A stretch of 64,000 nt of DNA from a virus. Of this stretch, positions 57,179 to 64,000 are shown piece by piece (position 1 is the first letter of the stretch; every line of letters begins with the position of its first letter). The stretch lies in IMG/VR virus record IMGVR_UViG_3300025519_000044, positions 1 through 64,000 of that record, one strand, 5' to 3'. Made by a program: the position numbers and the translations under genes. Below the pieces are notes generated by a model. The model was given only the letters and a program-made list of their open reading frames with translations, made no database searches and was not told the DNA's origin.

Positions 57179-58413
57179 TGTTAGCCGAAAAAGCACTCTT
57201 AGGAAGCTTTTTGAAAGAAAACTATCTGATTGCGGATACGACAGTTAGACCGGAACAATTTGAAGACGCTAGAAATCAACGTTTATTCAACATCATGAGG
57301 GATTTACATAAAGAAAACAAAAGCGTTGACATCATTTCTTTAACCACTCTAGCGGATCCTGAAACATTTGGCGGCGTGTCGTATCTGAATGAAATTGAAA
57401 GCTATGCTAACCCGGAAAAGTATGAGGAATATGAGCAACTTATAATCGAGTCCTGGAAAAATCGCGAGAAAACAAACATCCTAACGGTTGCCCGTGAAGA
57501 AAATTGGGAGATTGGAAAAGTAATATCCAGCCTGGATGCTATAAATGAACAGCAAATTGACGACTATACGCCGATAACGGACGCCCTTGTAAAAATGTTT
57601 GAAGCGCCCTGGCAAAAAGAGCAAGAAAAGAAGGGCGTAACAACCGGTCTTACCAGGCTTAATCAAATGACGAACGGTTTCCAAGACGGAGAGCTGACAA
57701 TTATAGCAGCCCGGCCAAGCATGGGGAAAACGGACGTAATGCTGCATTTTGCAAAGCAGGCTGGATGGTCTGGGCGTCTGCCAATTGTCTTTTCCCTCGA
57801 GATGTCGAAGGAGCTCATAACCAATAGACTGATAGCTTCTACGGGCCGTATAAACCGTCTGAAAATGAATAATCTGTCTGCCCTATCCGAAAAGCAGAAA
57901 AATGTTTGGTCAGCTGTCATCGGTAAAGTGGCAAATACAAACATCCAGATATTTGATAAGGCTGGCCAGACAATTTCGGAGATGCGGGCAAAGACCAGGA
58001 AACTAATGCATAAGTTTCCGGACCAAAAGCCGATTGTGTTTATCGATTATTTAACACTTATTCGGCCGGAACAGTTTTATGGTGGAAATGCGCACCAGCA
58101 GGTTACGGAGATATCCAGAAACCTTAAAAACATGGCCAAAGAATTTAACATTCCGGTTATCTGTTTAGCCCAGCTTTCCCGGGCAGTCGAAGCAAGAAAT
58201 AACAAACGGCCAATGATGTCCGATATCCGAGAGTCTGGGAGCGTGGAACAGGATGCTGATTTAATCATATTCTTGTATCGAGAAAAGTATTACAACAAAG
58301 AAATTAATGACGACACGCTCGAGATTATATTGTCGAAACAAAGAAATGGCCCTGTCGGCACAGTTTTAGCACGATACAACGAGTTTACGGGGGTGATCGA
58401 GGATGAAGGTTAG
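57178..58413 (+). CDS. dnaB: DnaB-family replicative helicase
   Basis: AARPSMGKT, FSLEM, IDYL, AQLSR, SGSVEQDAD, KQRNG. Confidence 0.95.
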   Translation: MLAEKALLGSFLKENYLIADTTVRPEQFEDARNQRLFNIMRDLHKENKSVDIISLTTLADPETFGGVSYLNEIESYANPEKYEEYEQLIIESWKNREKTNILTVAREENWEIGKVISSLDAINEQQIDDYTPITDALVKMFEAPWQKEQEKKGVTTGLTRLNQMTNGFQDGELTIIAARPSMGKTDVMLHFAKQAGWSGRLPIVFSLEMSKELITNRLIASTGRINRLKMNNLSALSEKQKNVWSAVIGKVANTNIQIFDKAGQTISEMRAKTRKLMHKFPDQKPIVFIDYLTLIRPEQFYGGNAHQQVTEISRNLKNMAKEFNIPVICLAQLSRAVEARNNKRPMMSDIRESGSVEQDADLIIFLYREKYYNKEINDDTLEIILSKQRNGPVGTVLARYNEFTGVIEDEG

Positions 58414-58840
58414 GGATGTATACCAGGATGCCATCCGTTACGAAGAACCATTTATGGCTCATTACATCCATTGCTTGCTGTCGGACGGAAAAATCAATTT
58501 GGATGACGACGCGAGTAAGATTTTCCGGGCAGAAATTGATCAGGAAAAATTCCGGCAGTCTTATGAAAAGAACATCTTGGGAGTTAACAAGGTGAAAATA
58601 TACTCGCTAAAGTTAAACAAAAACCAATTTGCTTTTATTTTCGCCGAAACCAAACAGGATGCCATGATGTTTTTTCGGTCCAAGTTTAACCGTGATCCGG
58701 TAAATTGTTATGAATATGATATTGATTTTGGCCTTTTGCGCGGGAAAGAATACGTGACATTCCGGAGCCTACGCAAAGAGCACAATAAATTCCCATCCCT
58801 GGCGTTTATTTATGAAAGGAATATGGCCTATGGAATTTAA
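58403..58840 (+). CDS. Hypothetical protein
   Basis: Coupled ORF. Confidence 0.6.
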   Translation: MKVRDVYQDAIRYEEPFMAHYIHCLLSDGKINLDDDASKIFRAEIDQEKFRQSYEKNILGVNKVKIYSLKLNKNQFAFIFAETKQDAMMFFRSKFNRDPVNCYEYDIDFGLLRGKEYVTFRSLRKEHNKFPSLAFIYERNMAYGI

Positions 58841-59336
58841 ATACAGGCCATATCCAAAAGAGCGACAGCTTGGGAAAAAGCCGCGGAAAGGACGCAAAAA
58901 GAAAGGCGAAACAATAAAGGGCCGGCGGGTCCCGATGGCGTCGGTGCGCGGGAAAATCACAAAGGAACAGTATAACCAGGCTTTACAAAAACACGGTGCA
59001 TTTTGTTTTGTATGCGGGACGACCGAAAACCTGGAAGCGCACCATGTACGCTTTAAATCTGCCGGCGGCCGCGGGAGATGGCGAAACATACGGTTTTTGT
59101 GCGCGGAGCATCACCGCGGGAAATACAGCCCGCACCAAAATGAGCAGCTGCGAAAAGAGTTGGAAAAACTGCACGAAAAGCTATATGGCCCATGGTTTTG
59201 GGCAGACAAATATGATCTATTCAAAGCCGGCCTGATCCCGAATACAACGGATGAAGAATTTGAAAAATTTATGGAGGGAGAAGAGAAACATGATGAACAG
59301 AACAATTTTAGTGGGAAGATTAACAGCCGATCCTGA
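58830..59336 (+). CDS. HNH endonuclease
   Basis: CFVCG..EAHHV..GG.G..N..LC..HH. Confidence 0.82.
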   Translation: MEFKYRPYPKERQLGKKPRKGRKKKGETIKGRRVPMASVRGKITKEQYNQALQKHGAFCFVCGTTENLEAHHVRFKSAGGRGRWRNIRFLCAEHHRGKYSPHQNEQLRKELEKLHEKLYGPWFWADKYDLFKAGLIPNTTDEEFEKFMEGEEKHDEQNNFSGKINSRS

Positions 59337-59712
59337 ACTTAAATATACGCAAAACGGGGTGGCAGTTGTGAATTTTACCTTGGCTGTTAACCGGCCATTT
59401 AAAAACAACGGCGAGCAACAAGCAGATTTTATAAATGTTGTCGCCTGGCGGAAAACGGCGGAAAACGTCGCAAACTATTTAAATAAGGGATCGCTTGCAG
59501 GCGTGGACGGCCGCATCCAAACGCGAAACTATGAAGGCCAGGATGGGCGACGGGTGTATGTGACGGAAGTTGTTGCCGACCAGGTTTCATTCTTAGAGCC
59601 AAAACAGCAGGAGCAAAAGAAGAAAGAACCACGGTACACGTCGGACCCGTCGGATCCATTTCAGCCCGGAAGTGAGACGATAGATATTAATGAGGAGGAT
59701 CTGCCATTCTGA
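59290..59712 (+). CDS. ssb: Single-stranded DNA-binding protein
   Basis: [24 protein letters not shown]. Confidence 0.95.
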   Translation: MMNRTILVGRLTADPELKYTQNGVAVVNFTLAVNRPFKNNGEQQADFINVVAWRKTAENVANYLNKGSLAGVDGRIQTRNYEGQDGRRVYVTEVVADQVSFLEPKQQEQKKKEPRYTSDPSDPFQPGSETIDINEEDLPF

Positions 59713-59832
59713 TGATGGATAGGGAAATGATGTGTTTTCAAATTGAGATGTTGACTAATTACAACCGCGAGTATTTAGAAAACTTATCGGATGAAGAATT
59801 GGAAGAATTGTATCGGGAGAAGGTAGAACAGG

Positions 59833-60237
59833 TTGACAAAGTATAATGCCCGCAGGACGTCCGTAGATGGGGTAAATTTCGATTCTAAATTAGAAGCCGA
59901 CTATTTTATCATGCTGGAAGAAAAACGCCGTACAGGGCAAATACGGGCGTTTGAAAGGCAACCGGTATTTTTGCTGCAAGATAGCTTCAGGAAGAATGGC
60001 AAGACTTTCAGAAAGATAGAGTACCGGGCGGATTTTAAGATTATCCACAATGACGGGACAATTGAAATCGTGGACGTAAAAGGCTATGAAACGCCGGAAT
60101 TTAGGCTAAAACGAAAGTTATTTGAAAAGCGTTATCCATACACATTAACCGTTGTAAAGTATGTAAAAAAATACGGCGGATGGATCACAATGGATGAATA
60201 TAAAAAGAGAAAGCGAGATGAAAAACGTGGCAAGTGA
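59833..60237 (+). CDS. DUF1064-family nuclease
   Basis: Homolog of 14264-14725. Confidence 0.85.
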   Translation: MTKYNARRTSVDGVNFDSKLEADYFIMLEEKRRTGQIRAFERQPVFLLQDSFRKNGKTFRKIEYRADFKIIHNDGTIEIVDVKGYETPEFRLKRKLFEKRYPYTLTVVKYVKKYGGWITMDEYKKRKRDEKRGK

Positions 60238-60478
60238 TATCGAAATTTTAGGGCAGGAAAACGATACATTTACTTGTCCGGACTGTGGGAATAACGCATT
60301 TCATCTGAACGGAATTTTTACGAATAACGCATTTAAACATTTGAAGGTGTTAACAGTTGTTAATTGTGAAAGCTGCGGTACAAAATACGGAAATATGCAA
60401 AGCTTTGGGAAGGGATCGTACATCCTGGAGCCAGTGCGGATCCGATTTATTAATAACGATTGGACGAAGATTTTATGA
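60194..60478 (+). CDS. Zinc-ribbon hypothetical protein
   Basis: CPDCG..CESCG. Confidence 0.55.
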   Translation: MNIKRESEMKNVASDIEILGQENDTFTCPDCGNNAFHLNGIFTNNAFKHLKVLTVVNCESCGTKYGNMQSFGKGSYILEPVRIRFINNDWTKIL

Positions 60479-60885
60479 ACCGCGCTGAAAAACTTGCGCA
60501 GCTTTACAAGAAGGCGAATGCACTAAATGAGGAACTACCAAAAGAATTAATGGACAAGCTTTCCATCTACGGACAGGTGCTGGAGATCATCGGCGGTCTT
60601 CACGCCGAATCCGTGAAAGCCTGGAAACTGGCAGAAGCCAAAAGGCGGGAAACAATCGCAAGCGCCATTGTTTACGGTGCTGAACTTGATGGTGTGACGT
60701 ACAAAACAGCAAAAGAAAAGGAAGCGGCCGCGGAGGTGATCGGTGCAGAAGCAAGACGAAATGAAGCACTGGCGGAAGCAGAAGCGCAAAGATGGAGAAA
60801 TGCTATGATCGCAGTCCAAGAAACCATTCAAATACTTAAGAAAAAATACGAGCATCTTACCAATGTAGCAAAAGGAGGAATATAA
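60475..60885 (+). CDS. Hypothetical coiled-coil protein
   Basis: ORF in the operon. Confidence 0.6.
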   Translation: MNRAEKLAQLYKKANALNEELPKELMDKLSIYGQVLEIIGGLHAESVKAWKLAEAKRRETIASAIVYGAELDGVTYKTAKEKEAAAEVIGAEARRNEALAEAEAQRWRNAMIAVQETIQILKKKYEHLTNVAKGGI

Positions 60886-60889
60886 AAGG

Positions 60890-61072
60890 GTGGCATTTAA
60901 TGAAATTGAACAGCGTAAAGACGAACTGAAAGAAAAATTGCTTGCACTCGGCTATTTTAAAACGGCTGATGGTAAGCAGCTGTATGAGCTATCTTTAAGC
61001 GAATTGGAAAAAGCGTACAAAACTATAAAAAGAGGTGATGCCTTTGAACAACAAAGTAATTTTGGCAGATGA
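60890..61072 (+). CDS. FbpA-like small protein
   Basis: GYFKTADGKQLYELSLSELE. Confidence 0.65.
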   Translation: MAFNEIEQRKDELKEKLLALGYFKTADGKQLYELSLSELEKAYKTIKRGDAFEQQSNFGR

Positions 61073-61215
61073 TCGCAAGCCGTGGATGATAAAGGAAGAT
61101 AGGGAAATGGTGTGCTTGACACACTGTTCCCTTTACAAAATATGTTCTAGCCGGCACGGGATGGATTGCAAGCGAATGGGCGGAACCGAAATACCGAAAG
61201 TGAGGGCTAAATAAT

Positions 61216-61431
61216 ATGTACCCGGTAACGTTACACAGACGGACTAAAAAAGAAATACAGCAAGCTGTGGAGGACTTGCAGAAACGCGGATATGAACTGA
61301 TTTCCCCTATTACGAACACGGGCGAATGGCGGAAGGATTTTGAATACACGGCGGATGGAAAAAGAAGATTTGCCGGCGTAAAGATGGTTAACCAATGGAC
61401 AGCAAAAATGATGAAGGCGGTGAAAAAATGA
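61216..61431 (+). CDS. Hypothetical protein
   Basis: ORF with RBS. Confidence 0.55.
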   Translation: MYPVTLHRRTKKEIQQAVEDLQKRGYELISPITNTGEWRKDFEYTADGKRRFAGVKMVNQWTAKMMKAVKK

Positions 61432-61823
61432 ACGCAATCTATACATGGCGAACAATAAAAGTTTTGGAGAAAGGATATGATATGAAAATTAGCGAATTAA
61501 ACTATTTACTTAGAAGAGGAGTAGAAGAAAAGGACATTGCCAAATCATTAGACATGGATCCTAAAAGCAAGGAATTCAAAAAACTAATTTACAACGCTAG
61601 GCACATGGGCAAACACTCCGAAAAAAGCAAAGTAAATATAACAATGGAAGAATATATAAATTTGCGAAAAAAAGGATTACAAGTACGAGAAATCGCGAGA
61701 ATTAAAAATATTAAACTTAGAACCCTTCAATATTGGAAAAGTCGCCATGGCATACGGGACAAGGATTTAATTAAACAAGGCATCCTGCCGAAAACGTGCC
61801 TTACACGAGGTGCAAAAAAATGA
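61428..61823 (+). CDS. Hypothetical HTH-like protein
   Basis: KKGL..REIA..TLQYWK, similar to the C-terminal part of 13876-14313. Confidence 0.55.
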   Translation: MNAIYTWRTIKVLEKGYDMKISELNYLLRRGVEEKDIAKSLDMDPKSKEFKKLIYNARHMGKHSEKSKVNITMEEYINLRKKGLQVREIARIKNIKLRTLQYWKSRHGIRDKDLIKQGILPKTCLTRGAKK

Positions 61824-61972
61824 AGACACGCAAAAAAGGCGATAAATATCGTCCTGTCGTTACTGTGCTTAAGGTAAAGCGCGGACTGCCGACAAAAATT
61901 ATGGTAAGCGGCCAAGAGTACGCGCTTATTCACAAAAATCAGTATAGGGGAGCGAGAAAATGGCAAGGTTAG
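61820..61972 (+). CDS. Small protein shared with phage A 16263-16445 (not in ORF track)
   Basis: MKTRKKGDKYRPVVTVLKVKRGLPTKIMVSGQEYALIHKNQYRG.. Confidence 0.7.
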   Translation: MKTRKKGDKYRPVVTVLKVKRGLPTKIMVSGQEYALIHKNQYRGARKWQG

Positions 61973-62238
61973 CAAGTTCAGATATCGCAGAAAAAATAAT
62001 GATTATGATTGCTAGGAATCTAAATGCCCGTATTTCAAAAGGATGTGAAACATATGGGCAGACGCTGGATGACTGCCCGGATGATGCTTACGATTGGCAG
62101 CAAATGCTTATCGAAGAATTGCTGGACGGCCTGCAATATATGGCGAAAGAAAATGCCATACTGCGTAAAAAATTGTCGGCAGAGATAAGGGAAAATTTAA
62201 AATTAAAAAGATTGTTGAGGAGGGAAATGAAGGAATGA
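61960..62238 (+). CDS. Hypothetical protein
   Basis: KG..TYG.TL..DW....EELLD..QY. Confidence 0.65.
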   Translation: MARLASSDIAEKIMIMIARNLNARISKGCETYGQTLDDCPDDAYDWQQMLIEELLDGLQYMAKENAILRKKLSAEIRENLKLKRLLRREMKE

Positions 62239-62741
62239 GTATCAAAATTAAACGATTGCATCCGGATGCAGTGATTCCGAAATATGCACATGCTGGCGAT
62301 TCAGGCTTTGACCTTGTCGCTGTGGAAGATGTCACTATCAAGCCAGGTGAAACGGTACTCGTAAAAACAGGCCTTGCATTTGAAATACCAGCAGGATATG
62401 AATTACAGGTGCGGCCACGGTCAGGCATCACGTTAAAAACAAAATTGCGTGTGCAACTGGGCACCGTCGATGCAGGATATCGCGGAGAGGTTGGCGTGAT
62501 TGTCGATAATATTGCCGAGGATCCGTTCGAAAATGTTGTGCCATATCTCTCGCATATTGACGGGAACGATTATCGGACGGACGGCGAAATCTATCCGAAT
62601 GAAACGTACATCATCCGCAAAGGCGACAGAATTGCGCAAGGTGTTATTGCTCCGGTTGCTAAAATGGATTTCAAAGAAGTAGACAAATTAAGCGATACAG
62701 AGCGAAGTAACAAAGGCTTTGGAAGTACAGGGGTAGATTGA
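62235..62741 (+). CDS. dut: Trimeric dUTPase
   Basis: SGFDL, RPRSG, GTVDAGYRGE, RIAQ, GFGSTG. Confidence 0.96.
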   Translation: MSIKIKRLHPDAVIPKYAHAGDSGFDLVAVEDVTIKPGETVLVKTGLAFEIPAGYELQVRPRSGITLKTKLRVQLGTVDAGYRGEVGVIVDNIAEDPFENVVPYLSHIDGNDYRTDGEIYPNETYIIRKGDRIAQGVIAPVAKMDFKEVDKLSDTERSNKGFGSTGVD

Positions 62742-62819
62742 AACAAAAAAAGACCAGGCTTTCCCTAGTCCGTAAAATATTTGTTCAGCTACCTATATTT
62801 TACACTGGGAGGGCTTGGA

Positions 62820-63263
62820 ATGGTAGACCAATTATCGTTGTTGATTCCCGAAATAGATAGAGATGCCACACAAAAAAACGTCGAAAAAGCCATTGCAAAA
62901 TATAGATATTACTCACTTCAAACAGAAGATGAGTTTTTGCCAAAGATAACAGCCAGTTATTCCATGATTCCGCCGACAAACACAAATGCTTTTCACTCGT
63001 CCACAGAGGACTCAGCAATCCGTATGGCGGACTTTGAACGTGAGAGGATGGAATACATTACCCGGTTTGCGAAGGCGGTAAATAGGCTTTCTCCGCGCGA
63101 GAGAGAGGCATTTATTCTAAAGTACATGGGAGATGAAGAACTTTATGATTATGAAGTATACAACAAGCTAGGAATGGGAGAAACCTATTACTATACAAAG
63201 TTTAAGCCACGAATGTTTTATAAGTTTGCTATCGCAATGCGAATTGAAGTTTATAAAAAATAG
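62820..63263 (+). CDS. ArpU-family late transcriptional activator
   Basis: PKITASYS..HSSTED..YDYEVY..LG..E..YY. Confidence 0.88.
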   Translation: MVDQLSLLIPEIDRDATQKNVEKAIAKYRYYSLQTEDEFLPKITASYSMIPPTNTNAFHSSTEDSAIRMADFERERMEYITRFAKAVNRLSPREREAFILKYMGDEELYDYEVYNKLGMGETYYYTKFKPRMFYKFAIAMRIEVYKK

Positions 63264-63314
63264 GCGAGAAGAGTATACAGGCGGGTTTTTCATTATTTAA
63301 GGAGGGAGCGTTCT

Positions 63315-63617
63315 ATGACTAGAATATACGTTCGAGAGCATATAGGTAGGAGTGGTCTTTCAAAAAGAAATGGAGACATATTATACAAAGTAATAATGGA
63401 TCATATTAAGGAAAATCAAAAAATTGTACTCGACTTTGCCGGAGTTGACGCATTTGCTTCTTTATTCTTTAATGCCTCTATTGGAAGATTGTTGAAAGAT
63501 TATTATCTTGAAGAACTACATGAGAGGCTTGATTTTGTAAATTTGACACCTGTAGGACAGAATACTTTAAGAAGAACAATAAAAAATTCGGCAGAGTATT
63601 TCGCAAAGACAAAATAA
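63315..63617 (+). CDS. STAS-like (DUF4325) protein
   Basis: IVLDFAGV..SLFFNASIG.L. Confidence 0.75.
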   Translation: MTRIYVREHIGRSGLSKRNGDILYKVIMDHIKENQKIVLDFAGVDAFASLFFNASIGRLLKDYYLEELHERLDFVNLTPVGQNTLRRTIKNSAEYFAKTK

Positions 63618-63792
63618 AGAAAACGCGAATGATTTATAAAGAAACTGTGATGATCATTCGTCTTTTAACCTGATATTATTGTAGTATCGAAAGAATTAAA
63701 AATGCTGCGGAAACAGCATTTGGTGGTTCTGCCTCAAGCGTCTATCCATATGGATGGGCGCTTTTAATATACAAACGAGCGGTGGATGGGAT

Positions 63793-63951
63793 ATGAAACT
63801 AAATGAACGGTTATCAAACGAACAGCGTAAGAAGTTTCGTGCACATATGAGAGATAGCAAACCTCCATCAAGTATGCACGAATGGGAAGAATTAATGGGC
63901 ATACATCGGGACATATACGAACGCAGGAGGGGAGCTATTAGAAGGAAATGA
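63793..63951 (+). CDS. Small basic protein, homolog of 21211-21399
   Basis: EELMG..YERRRGAIR. Confidence 0.6.
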   Translation: MKLNERLSNEQRKKFRAHMRDSKPPSSMHEWEELMGIHRDIYERRRGAIRRK

Positions 63952-64000
63952 TGGACATTCCAAGCGCGAGAATCAGGCCAAATCTACATGGCACAAAGGA

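Larger units (their letters stand above)
51353..64000. mobile_element. Phage B, early and middle region (runs off the window)
   Basis: int, CI, cro, Rha, Gam, Sak, initiator, DnaB, SSB, dUTPase, ArpU. Confidence 0.92.

Overview
The whole window is temperate phage DNA from a Bacillaceae-type host; no host housekeeping genes are visible. Phage A (~1.5-50.4 kb) is an apparently complete siphovirus: tyrosine integrase with a tRNA-Gly(CCC) att core, ImmA/CI/Cro switch, YqaJ-RecT, initiator plus DnaC-like loader, ParB-methyltransferase, PBSX-type terminase, A118-like head and tail genes, and a GH25 endolysin plus holin. Phage B starts at ~50.5 kb: tRNA-Arg att core, integrase, LexA-like CI, Rha/ANT, Gam, Sak-like annealase, initiator, DnaB, SSB, dUTPase and ArpU. 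Both att sites have attP-like architecture, and 1-1520 is a near-identical copy of 48935-50450, suggesting a cointegrate of two excised phage circles or an assembly chimera. Highlights: (1) a six-gene type IV-B-like CRISPR effector operon (csf1, cas11, csf2, csf3, cas6, cysH; 16.8-21.1 kb) that unusually carries its own cas6 and has no adjacent array; (2) about 28 kb away, past the lysis genes, two promoter-driven CRISPR-derived small RNA units: a one-spacer mini-array with type I-B-like repeats (also present at 225-320) and a solitary type I-C-like repeat; (3) a canonical type II hammerhead ribozyme at 9116-9183; (4) an HNH gene inserted into the start of yopX. All family calls come from motif recognition by eye; no database searches were run.
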